DNA of 64,000 bases, from the NCBI GenBank assembly GCA_963702435.1, contig CAVPCR010000004.1:96001-160000 (forward strand), read 5' to 3'. Shown one piece after another: positions 1-9,198 of the stretch. Under the pieces are notes generated by a model. It had not been told where the DNA came from and did not search any database. It saw only the letters and a list, made by a program, of their open reading frames with translations. Position 1 is the stretch's first letter. Every line of letters begins with the position of its first letter. This stretch comes from Candidatus Eiseniibacteriota bacterium (GTDB lineage: Bacteria; Eisenbacteria; RBG-16-71-46; CAVPCR01). Position numbers and translations under genes: made by a program.

Positions 1-1059
1 TATGTCGCCGAGGAGATCGCGGCGGCGGACGTCGGCCGCACCGATCTCCGTGAGCTGAACGTGGTCATCCTCGCGGGACCGGGCCAGCTCAAGCCGGACG
101 GCATCGAGCGGCTGCGCGCGTTCGTGCGCGATGGGGGCGGACTCCTCATCTTCCCGGGCGAGGAGAGCGATCTCCGCTTCTACAACGACCGCCTCCTGGC
201 GGGGCTCTTGCCCATCAAGCTCGCCGGGCTGGTCGAGGCGCGGGGCGGCGGCGGGGGCCGAGCCGGAGCGGGCGGAGCGGCCGGGTCGGCGGGAGCGGCG
301 GCCCCGGCGCGAGGTCTCTTCCAGCTCACGCCGGCCGTCCCCGGGCACCCCGTGTTCACCGGGTTCGGCGCGACGCTAGGCGAGCGGCTGACCCAGGCGC
401 GCTTCGATCAGGTGGTGAAGGTCCTCCCCGGCTCGGCACGCGTGATCGCCGAGTTCCGGCCCGATCTCCCGGCTCTCGTCGAGGGCGAGGGGGTCATGTT
501 CTTCGCCTCCTCGGTGGATCGCGCCTGGAACGACCTGCCGACGAGCGGCGCTTTCGTCCCGCTCATCCATCAAACCGTCTCCCACCTCGCGCGCGCGCAG
601 GCCGAGGCGAACGAGGATCTGGCCGGCGCCCCGCTCGAGAGGCTCCTGCCGGCTCCGGCCTCGCCCCGGCGCTACCGCGTCGTCGCTCCTGACGCAAGCG
701 AGTTCCCGATCGAGACCGTGGATCGCGGCGCGTTCCAGCTCCTGCGCACGCCGCCCCTCGAGCGCCCGGGGATCTATCGGATCCTCGACGACACCGACGC
801 GGAGGTGGCGCTCGCCGCCGTCAATCCCGACGCGCGGGAAAGTGATCTGGCGGTGGCGGACATCGATCGCGTGCGGGCGATCTTCGGGGACCACGCGTTC
901 TCCTACCTGAGCGGAACGCGCGATGTGAGCTCCCACGTGCGCGAGATCCGGCAGGGGCGGGAGCTGTGGCGGCCGATCCTCCTCCTCGCGCTCCTCGTGC
1001 TGGTGACCGAGGTGCTGCTCTCGCGCGGGAAGGGCGCCTTCACGCCGGCGGCGAGCTAG
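1..1059 (+). CDS. C-terminal part of a BatA/VWA-associated membrane-anchored protein (5' end outside the window)
   Basis: Frame is open from base 1. It has a GATase-like segment (LRAFVRDGGGLLIFPG), WNDLP..GAFVPL, AVN.DARESDL and a C-terminal ELWR...LLVLVTEVLL transmembrane anchor typical of this family. Confidence 0.6.
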   Translation, partial: YVAEEIAAADVGRTDLRELNVVILAGPGQLKPDGIERLRAFVRDGGGLLIFPGEESDLRFYNDRLLAGLLPIKLAGLVEARGGGGGRAGAGGAAGSAGAAAPARGLFQLTPAVPGHPVFTGFGATLGERLTQARFDQVVKVLPGSARVIAEFRPDLPALVEGEGVMFFASSVDRAWNDLPTSGAFVPLIHQTVSHLARAQAEANEDLAGAPLERLLPAPASPRRYRVVAPDASEFPIETVDRGAFQLLRTPPLERPGIYRILDDTDAEVALAAVNPDARESDLAVADIDRVRAIFGDHAFSYLSGTRDVSSHVREIRQGRELWRPILLLALLVLVTEVLLSRGKGAFTPAAS

Positions 1060-1079
1060 CGCGGAGCGCGCCGCTCCGG

Positions 1080-1547
1080 CTAGAGCGCGGTGGCTACCGC
1101 CATCTCGGCGATGAGCGCCGCGGCAAGCGCCAGGCGCCCGCGGCGTGACGCGAAAAGGCGGCCGCAGCGCTCGAGGAACGCGTCGGTGGCGCGCGGTGCG
1201 AGGAAGGCGAGACCGCCGAGGAGCACGGCGGCGAGTGCGGCCGCGGTCACGAGCGGGTTCAGGGCGAAGGCCCCGGGGAGATCGAGGACCGCGAGGCGGA
1301 GGAAGGCACGCGTGCCGCCGCATCCCGGGCAGGCCACTTGCGTCAGGGCTCGCCACGGGCAGGCGGTGATCCCGAGGGCCGGCCCGGCGGCTGCGGCGAG
1401 CGCAGCGAGTGCGGGCACGCGGAGGCAGGCGGCGAGCACGACCACGCTCGCGCCCCCGAGGAGCGCGAGCTCGCAGCGTGGCAGCGCCGAGATCGCGCGG
1501 AGGCGCGGGCCGGGCCGGACGCGGAGAACGGCCGCCGCTCGACTCAT
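1080..1547 (-). CDS. DUF2752 family membrane protein
   Basis: CPWRALTQVACPGCGGTRAF...AFALNPL motif. ATG at 1547 overlaps the upstream stop (ATGA). Confidence 0.75.
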   Translation of the reverse strand: MSRAAAVLRVRPGPRLRAISALPRCELALLGGASVVVLAACLRVPALAALAAAAGPALGITACPWRALTQVACPGCGGTRAFLRLAVLDLPGAFALNPLVTAAALAAVLLGGLAFLAPRATDAFLERCGRLFASRRGRLALAAALIAEMAVATAL

Positions 1548-2440
1548 CCCATCGCGTCCAGGAGCCCGGCCATCCCCGCGACGAAGATGAGGAGCGCGAG
1601 GAGACCGCAGCACGCGAGGAGGGGGAGGAGGAGAGCCCCGAAGGCACGGGGGAACGTCGTCCGGTGCACCACCTTGAGGCCGATCCCCGCGATCACGACC
1701 CACCAGACACCGCTCAGGATGCCGCAGAGGGGAATGAGCTGGAAGAGCTCGGGCGCCGAGGAGTAGCAGAGGACGCGGAAGGAGGCGAGGAAGCCCTCCT
1801 TGGCCCCGCCGAAGAGCAGAAGGACGACGTGGATGATCGCGGTCGTGATGAGGAGCGCGAGCGGGATCAGGATGGGGGAGAGGGCGGCCGCGATGATGCT
1901 CGTGCCCACGGTGAACAGGGCTTCACCCGCGTCCCCTCCCGAGAAGAGACCGAGGGAGGACACGACGAACTGCCAGAAGATGCTGGCGATGGCGCCCGGC
2001 ACGCCGACCAGGATGGCGTAGAGGATCGGGCTCCCGATCGGACCGCCGGGCGGCGGCGGAACGGCGCCCTGGGGGTGAAGGCGCGAAAAGAAGTGGGTCG
2101 GTTCGAAGAGCGAGAGCCGGACCGTTGCGAAGAGGGCGGCGAGGAAGCCGATGCGGTCGCGGTCCTCCCAGGGCACGCCGGCGTGGGCGGAGGGAGGGGC
2201 GGACTCGGGCGGCCAGGACGGATGCCAAGCCGAGCCGGCGGGCGGAACGGTCGGGAGGGGCGGCACCGCGGGCGGCTCCGGCGGAGAGGGAGGAGGCGGC
2301 GGCTCCGATGCGGAAGGGGGCTCCCCGGGCCAATGCCCCGGGGGCCGGGCGCTCGGGTCGTTCCCTTCGGATGCTCCCCGCGCTTCGCCAGCGAAGTCGC
2401 GGTCGTCCCGGTCATCACGGTCATCCGGTCCCGAGTTCAT
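1544..2440 (-). CDS. YIP1 family membrane protein with Pro-rich N-terminus
   Basis: PWEDR...P..FF motif, about 5 TM segments and FRVLCYS motif. GGAGG lies upstream of ATG 2440. Confidence 0.7.
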   Translation of the reverse strand: MNSGPDDRDDRDDRDFAGEARGASEGNDPSARPPGHWPGEPPSASEPPPPPSPPEPPAVPPLPTVPPAGSAWHPSWPPESAPPSAHAGVPWEDRDRIGFLAALFATVRLSLFEPTHFFSRLHPQGAVPPPPGGPIGSPILYAILVGVPGAIASIFWQFVVSSLGLFSGGDAGEALFTVGTSIIAAALSPILIPLALLITTAIIHVVLLLFGGAKEGFLASFRVLCYSSAPELFQLIPLCGILSGVWWVVIAGIGLKVVHRTTFPRAFGALLLPLLACCGLLALLIFVAGMAGLLDAMG

Positions 2441-2597
2441 GCCTGCCCACCTCCATGAGCGAGACGTGAGGCTCGTCAGCACGCCGCGGCTGCGCGCGAG
2501 CGGCGCCCGTTTGCGGAAGTCTCCGGCACCCGGTTAGACTCAGGCGTTCCGCCGGCGGATGGTGCCACGCGCAGTTCTCCCACCCAACGGAAATCTC

Positions 2598-5500
2598 ATG
2601 ACCGAACCAGCGCGCCCGGATGTGATGGCGAGCCTCCTCGCGGAGAGCGGGCGGAGCGAGATCCTCGCCGAGCTCCTCGCCCTGCTCCGCCGGCCGGGTG
2701 GGCTGCGGCCGTCGGTCCGCGGGCTCTCCGGCTCGGCGCGCGCGCTCGTCCTCGCGCACGTCTACCGCGATCTCGGGCGCACGCTCGTCGTCGTCGTCCC
2801 CGAGCAGGAGGCGGCCGAAGCTCTGCGCGACGATCTCGAGGCCTTCCTCGGCCCCGACGCGGTCCTCCATCTTCCCGAGTTCGAGACCTCCCCCTACGAC
2901 ATCCGCTCCCCGCATCACGCGATCCTCGACGCCCGGCTCCACGCGCTGGCCGGGCTGGTCGCCGGCCGGCGGGCCGCGGTCGTCACCACCGCCGCCGCGC
3001 TCGCGACCCTGGTCCCGGCGCCCGCGGTCATGCGGCGGGGCGTGCTCACGCTCGGGACCGGCGATCCCTTCGATGCCGACGAGCTCACGCACTGGCTCGG
3101 CGATCTCGGCTACAAGCGGGTGCCGCTCGTCGAGGAGCAGGGGGACGTCGCTCGGCGCGGCGGGATCGTCGACGTGTTCTCCTTCGGGCGGGAGAGCCCG
3201 GTGCGCATCGAGTTCGACGGGGACGAGATCGCCTCGCTGCGCGAGTTCGACCCCGCGTCGCAGCGCTCGATCGAGCGGATCGCGGCGCTCGTCCTCCTTC
3301 CGCGCCGCGAGATGATCATCGACGCCGAGACGGCGGAGCGCGCGGCCGCCGCCATCCGCGCCGCGGCCGGGGACGCGCACGATGCGGAGCTCCACGCGGC
3401 CGAGCTCCTCTCCGAGCGCTACTACGTCAACATGCGCCGCATCTCCGGCTTCGTCGATCAGGGCTGGGGCTCGGTCCTGCGCTACGTCCCGGGCGATGCG
3501 CTCGTCGTGCGCGAGAGCCCGGCGCGGCTCGCGGTGCGCGCGGGGGAGCAGGCGCACTCCGTCGATCGCGAGCACGAGGAGCGGCGGCGGCATCGCGAGC
3601 TCGTCTCCCCGCCGTCGTCCTTCCTCCTCGACTGGGATGCGCTCGAGGCCGACCTCCTTCGCCACGGCGGCTTCGACCTCGAGCTCGAGCGCCGGACGGC
3701 CCCGCTCGGCGAGGTGCTGCGCGGGCTCGAACTGCCGGCGGGAGCGCCGCTGCCGGCGGCGGTCGAGGCGATCGTGCGCGGGGACGATGTGCCGGTGGAC
3801 GATAGGCCGGTGGACGATGGCGCCGCGGACGACGCGCCGGGGGCGGGAGAGGAGGACGCACAAACGAGGGGAGCAGCCGGCCGCCGCCCGGTCCTCCGCT
3901 TCCAGGTGCGCGGCCAGGAGAGCTTCGGCCGCTCGGCCGACGTCCTCCACGCATTCATGCGCGCCCAGATGGCGGCCCGCAACCGCACGGTCGTCCTCTC
4001 CGACAATCCGGGCCAGCGCGACCATCTGCGCGAGCTCCTTGCCGAGTACGCGGTCGAGGTCGAGGTCGGCCATCTCTCCGGCGGCTTCCTGTGGCGGGAG
4101 GTGCGCCTCTGCGTCCTCACCGATCACGAGATCTTCGCCCGCTTCCGCCGCCGCCGCCCGCGCCGTCGCTTCAAGGCCGGGATCTCGATCCCCGACCTCA
4201 TGGCCATCAGGCCGGGCGACTACGTCGTGCACATCGATCACGGGATCGGCGTCTACCAGGGGACGAGCCGGCTCACGATCGGCGGCCACGAGACCGACTG
4301 CCTCGAGATCCACTACCAGCGGGGGGACAAGCTCTTCATCCCCGCCGACCAGTTCGACCTGGTCCAGAAGTACGCGCTCGAGGAAGGGCAGAACGCGCCG
4401 GCCGTGTCGCGGCTCGGCGGCACCGCCTGGGCGAAGACCAAGGAGAAGGCCAAGAAGGCGATCCAGGAGATGGCGGGGGAACTCCTTCGCGTCGGCGCGC
4501 TCCGCTCGACGCGGGCCGGGATCGCCTTCTCGGCGGACACGGTCTGGCAGCGCGATCTCGAGGCCTCGTTCACCTACGACGACACGCCCGACCAGGTGCG
4601 GGTCACCGAGGAGATCAAGCGCGACATGGAGGCGCCGCGGCCGATGGATCGGCTGGTCTGCGGCGACGTCGGCTACGGGAAGACCGAGGTGGCGGTGCGT
4701 GCAGCCTTCAAGGCCGTGCAGGACGAGAAGCAGGTCGCGGTCCTGGTGCCCACCACCATCCTGGCCCAGCAGCACTATGCGACCTTCAGCGAGCGGCTGG
4801 CCGATTTCCCGGTCAAGGTCGAGGTGCTCTCCCGCTTCCGCACCGCGGCCGAGCAGGATCGGGTGGTCGACGCGGTCAAGCGCGGCGACGTGGATGTGGT
4901 CATCGGCACCCACAGATTATTGCAGAAGGACGTCGAATTCCGCGACCTGGGACTGATCGTCGTGGACGAGGAGCAGCGCTTCGGCGTCAAGCACAAGGAG
5001 CGGCTCAAGCAGCTCAAGACGGTGGCCGACGTCCTGACCCTGACCGCGACGCCGATCCCGCGCACGCTGCATCTCTCGCTGCTGGGCGCCCGCGACATCT
5101 CGATCATCAACACGCCGCCGCGCGACCGGGTGCCCATCCACACCGAGATCGTCGAGTTCGAGCGCGATCTGATCGTGGATGCGCTGCTCCGCGAGGCCGA
5201 CCGCGGCGGCCAGTCCTTCTTCGTGCACAACCGGGTGCAGTCGATGGACGCGATGGTCGGGTTCCTGCGCAAGGTTTGCCCGCAGCTCCGGTTCGCGGTG
5301 GCGCACGGGCAGATGCCGGAGCGGGCGCTCGAGCAGGTGATCGTCGATTTCATCGACCGGCAGTACGACGTGCTGGTGACCACCATGATCATCGAGTCGG
5401 GCGTCGACATGCCGACCGTGAACACGATGATCGTGAACCGCGCCGACCGTTTCGGGCTCGCCCAGCTCTACCAGCTCCGCGGGCGGGTGGGACGCTCGAA

Positions 5501-6335
5501 CCAGAGGGCCTACTGCTATCTCCTCGTGCCGCCGCATCGCGCGCTCACCGAGACCGCCGAGCGTCGGCTGCGCGTGATCGAGGAGTACGACGAGCTCGGG
5601 GCCGGGTTCAAGATCGCGATGAAGGACCTCGAGATCCGCGGGGCGGGCAATCTCCTCGGCGCGCAGCAGCACGGGCATATCCTGTCGGTGGGCTTCGATC
5701 TCTACTGCCGGCTGCTCGAAGAGACGATCGCAGAGTTGAAGGGCGAGCCGGCCGACAAGAAGCTCGAGTGCCGCGTGGCGACCGAGCTCGACGCTTATCT
5801 GCCCGACGAGTACGTGGGCTCGCCGACCGAGAAGATCACCTTCTACAAGCGCCTGGCGGATACCGGCGACGAGGCGCAAGTTCTCGCGCTGGGCGAGGAG
5901 CTCGCCGATCGCTTCGGGCGACTGCCGGAGTCGGCCGCGAACCTCCTCGCGCTCCGTCGCCTGAAGCTCGCCGGAGCCGCCGGCGGGATGAGCCAGATCG
6001 ATGTCGGCCGGCGGCGGGTGCGCTGCGACTTCGCGGTCGCCCCGAGCAAGGCGGCCATCCAGGGGCTCCTCGCTCGCACCCGGCTCCGGCTCGAGTTCGG
6101 GGCCGGAGTGCCCTTCACGATCCTTGCGCGCGAGACGGGGAGCGATCCGCTCGCCGTGGCGGGCGAGATCGTGGCCGGGCTCGCTGCGGCTGCGACAGGA
6201 GCCGGAGCGTCGGGGGCGCCGGCCGCGACCAGGGCGGTGGCAGCGGCGATGAAGCCGGCGCTGGGAGCAACGACACCGGCAGCAGCAGCGACGAAGCCGT
6301 CGCCGCCCGGCCGGGGGAGCGGTCAGGCGCGTTGA
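2598..6335 (+). CDS. mfd: Transcription-repair coupling factor
   Basis: UvrB-like N-terminus (RGGIVDVF), RID domain (GDYVVHIDHGIG), GDVGYGKT, DEEQRFG, TATPIPRT, QLRGRVGR and TRG motif. Start codon uncertain (2559/2598/2625). Confidence 0.97.
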   Translation: MTEPARPDVMASLLAESGRSEILAELLALLRRPGGLRPSVRGLSGSARALVLAHVYRDLGRTLVVVVPEQEAAEALRDDLEAFLGPDAVLHLPEFETSPYDIRSPHHAILDARLHALAGLVAGRRAAVVTTAAALATLVPAPAVMRRGVLTLGTGDPFDADELTHWLGDLGYKRVPLVEEQGDVARRGGIVDVFSFGRESPVRIEFDGDEIASLREFDPASQRSIERIAALVLLPRREMIIDAETAERAAAAIRAAAGDAHDAELHAAELLSERYYVNMRRISGFVDQGWGSVLRYVPGDALVVRESPARLAVRAGEQAHSVDREHEERRRHRELVSPPSSFLLDWDALEADLLRHGGFDLELERRTAPLGEVLRGLELPAGAPLPAAVEAIVRGDDVPVDDRPVDDGAADDAPGAGEEDAQTRGAAGRRPVLRFQVRGQESFGRSADVLHAFMRAQMAARNRTVVLSDNPGQRDHLRELLAEYAVEVEVGHLSGGFLWREVRLCVLTDHEIFARFRRRRPRRRFKAGISIPDLMAIRPGDYVVHIDHGIGVYQGTSRLTIGGHETDCLEIHYQRGDKLFIPADQFDLVQKYALEEGQNAPAVSRLGGTAWAKTKEKAKKAIQEMAGELLRVGALRSTRAGIAFSADTVWQRDLEASFTYDDTPDQVRVTEEIKRDMEAPRPMDRLVCGDVGYGKTEVAVRAAFKAVQDEKQVAVLVPTTILAQQHYATFSERLADFPVKVEVLSRFRTAAEQDRVVDAVKRGDVDVVIGTHRLLQKDVEFRDLGLIVVDEEQRFGVKHKERLKQLKTVADVLTLTATPIPRTLHLSLLGARDISIINTPPRDRVPIHTEIVEFERDLIVDALLREADRGGQSFFVHNRVQSMDAMVGFLRKVCPQLRFAVAHGQMPERALEQVIVDFIDRQYDVLVTTMIIESGVDMPTVNTMIVNRADRFGLAQLYQLRGRVGRSNQRAYCYLLVPPHRALTETAERRLRVIEEYDELGAGFKIAMKDLEIRGAGNLLGAQQHGHILSVGFDLYCRLLEETIAELKGEPADKKLECRVATELDAYLPDEYVGSPTEKITFYKRLADTGDEAQVLALGEELADRFGRLPESAANLLALRRLKLAGAAGGMSQIDVGRRRVRCDFAVAPSKAAIQGLLARTRLRLEFGAGVPFTILARETGSDPLAVAGEIVAGLAAAATGAGASGAPAATRAVAAAMKPALGATTPAAAATKPSPPGRGSGQAR

Positions 6336-6436
6336 CGGAGGATGGCCGGGATGGCAGAGTGGGGCGCCCGGCCTCTTGCATTCGCACCCGACCGCCGGCT
6401 GCCGGGTGCCATCCACCGGACAAAGGACGGTTCTCG

Positions 6437-7984
6437 TTGGCGCTCTATTCCCGCCGCGGGCGCATCGCCCCGCGGTGCGCGTCCGTCGCGCTCCTCGTCC
6501 TCCTCGCCGCCGCGTTCGGAGCAGCGGCGGCGTGGCCGGATCCCGTGCTCCTGGACGGGGTCGCCGCCCAGGTCGGCGACGAGGTGGTCCTCACGAGCGA
6601 GGTGGAGGAACAGGTCGCCATCCTTCGCCTGCGCGCGAACCTGCCGGACACGAGCCTCGCCCGCGCCCGCGAGGAGATCTTGCAGAGCCTGATCGACGAG
6701 AAGATCGTGCTCCTCGAGGCCCGCGCCCGCGGCCTCACCGTCAGCGACGAGGAAGTCGAGCAGGCGGTGAAGCAGCACCTGGACACGATCAAGCAGCAGG
6801 TCGGCGGCGACGCGGCGTTCCAGAGCGAGCTGGCCAGGGAAGGCCTCACCGAGAGCGAGCTCATCGTCCGCTATCGGGACGACGCGCGCCGGGAGATGCT
6901 CACCACGCGGCTCATGCAGCGGGAGGTCTACTCGAAGATCGAGATCCCCGATGCGGAGCTCCTGAGCTACTACGAGGAGCACAAGGCCGAGCTGCCGAAG
7001 AAGCCGGGGCAGGTGGAGCTGGCGCACGTGTTCATCGGGCTCATGGCCAAGGAGAGCGAGGTCAAGAGGGCGCAGGCGAAGCTCGATCGGATCCAGGCTC
7101 GCCTCGTCGCCGGCGAGCCGTTCGGCACGGTCGCACGCGAGGAGTCCGATGACCAGGCGAGCGCCGCGACCGACGGCGCGCTCGGCTGGTTCGCGCCCGG
7201 CGAGCTGGATCCGCGTCTCGCCGCGGCGGTCGCCAAGCTCGCGCCCGGCGAGACCTCGGATCCCTTCCAGGTGCCGGGCGCCGTCGAGATCCTCCGGCTC
7301 GCCGAGCGCGATGGGGAGCGGGTGCGGCTCGAGCACATCCGGGTCGCGATCGACATGTCGGAAGACGATCGGCGGCGGTCCCGCACCGAGGCCGAGAAGG
7401 TGCTCGACCTGGCCAGGAAGGGGACCGATTTCGCGGCCCTCGCCCGCGAGTACTCGGACGATCGCGAGTCGGCGGAGAAGGGCGGGAGCCTCGGCCGCTT
7501 CGAGGAGAGCGAGATCAATCCGATGATCGGTCGCGCCGTGCGCGGCCTCGCTGTCGGCGAGCTGAGCGAGGTCGTGGCCTCGGAGGCGGGCTTCCATGTG
7601 TTCAAGGTGCTGGCCCGGGAGGGCGGCGGCGAGTACACCTACGAGGAGGTCCAGGACCGGCTGCGCATGAAGATGCTCGATGAGCGAGCCGCCGGGCTGA
7701 GCCAGGAGTACGTGGAAGGGATCCGCAAGAACTACTTCGTGCGCCGGGCCGACCACCCGCCGAGCCCGCCCCCGGCGGCGGAAACGACGCCGGGCGTGCG
7801 TACGGAGATCGCGGTGCCGGCCGACCCGGGCGCGGCGCCGGTAGAGACCTCGAGCGCGGCCCCGCTGGATGCAACGCGCGCCGCCCCGCTGGATGCAACG
7901 CGCGCCGCCGCAGCGGACACCTCGCGCGCGGCCCCGCCCGACACCTCGAGCGCCGCGCCCGCCGGCGGCGAGAGGGAACCGTAG
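6437..7984 (+). CDS. surA: SurA-like periplasmic chaperone / parvulin peptidyl-prolyl isomerase
   Basis: TTG start after AAAGGA, signal peptide, LDGVAAQVGDEVVL N-domain and two parvulin domains (FGTVAREESDD..GALGWF; FAALAREYSDD..GGSLG; GFHVFK). Position after mfd is typical. Confidence 0.85.
   Translation: MALYSRRGRIAPRCASVALLVLLAAAFGAAAAWPDPVLLDGVAAQVGDEVVLTSEVEEQVAILRLRANLPDTSLARAREEILQSLIDEKIVLLEARARGLTVSDEEVEQAVKQHLDTIKQQVGGDAAFQSELAREGLTESELIVRYRDDARREMLTTRLMQREVYSKIEIPDAELLSYYEEHKAELPKKPGQVELAHVFIGLMAKESEVKRAQAKLDRIQARLVAGEPFGTVAREESDDQASAATDGALGWFAPGELDPRLAAAVAKLAPGETSDPFQVPGAVEILRLAERDGERVRLEHIRVAIDMSEDDRRRSRTEAEKVLDLARKGTDFAALAREYSDDRESAEKGGSLGRFEESEINPMIGRAVRGLAVGELSEVVASEAGFHVFKVLAREGGGEYTYEEVQDRLRMKMLDERAAGLSQEYVEGIRKNYFVRRADHPPSPPPAAETTPGVRTEIAVPADPGAAPVETSSAAPLDATRAAPLDATRAAAADTSRAAPPDTSSAAPAGGEREP
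7847..7960 (+). repeat. 24-bp coding tandem repeat in the SurA C-terminal tail
   Basis: GCCCCGCTGGATGCAACGCGCGCC occurs twice exactly (7859-7906), with degenerate flanking copies, encoding (AAPLDATR/AAPPDTSS)n. Confidence 0.8.
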
Positions 7985-7988
7985 GGCC

Positions 7989-9158
7989 ATGAGCGGCGAG
8001 GTCGCCATCATCGAGGCGGTGCGTACCCCTTTCTGTCGCGCCGGATCCGCCTTCGCCGAAGTCTCGGCCACGACCCTCGGCCGCGTGGCCGTGCGCGAGC
8101 TCCTCGATCGGGCCGGGGTCGATCCCGCATGGATCGACCACGTGGTGATCGGGACCGTGGCGAGCTTCCCCGAAGCGGCGAATGTCGCGCGCACGATCAC
8201 GGTCGAGGCCGGCCTCCCGGCCCGCACCCCCGCCTTCACCGTGAACCGGGACGGCGCTTCAGGTCTCGAGGCGATCGCCGCCGCCATGCGACTCATCGCC
8301 CTCGGCGAGGCCGAGATGGTCATCGCCGGCGGGGTCGAGTCGATGAGCCGGCTCGCGCAGGCCACGCGCGGAGCCGAGGACGCCGTGTCACGTTTCAGCC
8401 GCGGTGAGACGGCGGAGATCCTGGCGAAGGAGTGGAGAATCTCGCGGGAGGCGCAGGACGCGCTCGCCGCCGAGAGCCATCGCCGCGCAACGGCGGCGGC
8501 GGCGCAGGTGGCCGAGGAGATCGTGGCCGTCTACCCGCCGAGCGGCGCCATGCCGGTCGTGGCCGCGGATCGGGATCCGCGCCACGGGGGTGCCGACGAG
8601 CTCCTCGCCGAGCTGGCCCGGCTCGGGCCGCTCTTCGACAGCCGCTTCGGCACGGTGACCACCGGGAACAGCGCGGCCACGGCCGACGGCGCCGCCGTCT
8701 GCCTGGTGGCCGGAGCGACTCGCGCGCGCGACCTCGGACGGGCGCCGCTCGGACGCATCCGGTCGTACGCGGTCGCGGCGGTCGAGACGGAGCACATGGG
8801 GCTCGGTCCGGCGCACGCCGTTCCGCTCGCGCTCGAGCGAGCGCGGGTGCCGCTCCGCGACATCCAGCTCATCGAGCTCCACGAGACGTCGTCGGCGATC
8901 GTGCTCGCCAACGAGGCGGCGCTCCGCTCGCGGGAGTTCGCGGCGAGCTGCCGGCGCCCGGGCGCGGCGGGCGAGGTGGATCCCGCGATTCGCAACGTGA
9001 ACGGCGGTGCGATCGCTCTCGGCGATCCGGCCGGGGCGAGCGGCGCGCGGCTCGTGCTGGCGCTCCTCCACGAGATGCGGCGGCGGGACGTGAACCTGGG
9101 GCTGGCGGCGATCGGAGGCAGCGGGAGCCAGGGCGCGGCCATGGTCCTCGAGCGGTGA
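7989..9158 (+). CDS. Thiolase-family protein (FadI/FadA-like) lacking the canonical catalytic residues
   Basis: RTPF, GGVESMS, GTVT.GNS..ADGA and NVNGGAIALG motifs. The catalytic positions read NRDGASG, LGDP and AIGGSG. Confidence 0.9.
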   Translation: MSGEVAIIEAVRTPFCRAGSAFAEVSATTLGRVAVRELLDRAGVDPAWIDHVVIGTVASFPEAANVARTITVEAGLPARTPAFTVNRDGASGLEAIAAAMRLIALGEAEMVIAGGVESMSRLAQATRGAEDAVSRFSRGETAEILAKEWRISREAQDALAAESHRRATAAAAQVAEEIVAVYPPSGAMPVVAADRDPRHGGADELLAELARLGPLFDSRFGTVTTGNSAATADGAAVCLVAGATRARDLGRAPLGRIRSYAVAAVETEHMGLGPAHAVPLALERARVPLRDIQLIELHETSSAIVLANEAALRSREFAASCRRPGAAGEVDPAIRNVNGGAIALGDPAGASGARLVLALLHEMRRRDVNLGLAAIGGSGSQGAAMVLER

Positions 9159-9198
9159 GCGGGGGCCGGACGACCGGCGGCGGGACGAGCGGGAGCAG

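Noticed and set aside
6336..6420. GCCGGGATGGCAGAGTGG resembles the 5' end and D-arm of a tRNA
   Set aside because: There is no T-arm GTTCRA, anticodon arm or matching acceptor stem. It folds better as one imperfect hairpin (GGATGGC/GCCATCC).
4091..6436. Very long alternative-frame and antisense ORFs (e.g. the 5' part of 4091-7984, 12206-14170, 15192-18974, 50509-52863)
   Set aside because: These are Arg/Gly/Pro-rich shadow frames expected at this GC content, overlapping well-supported genes.
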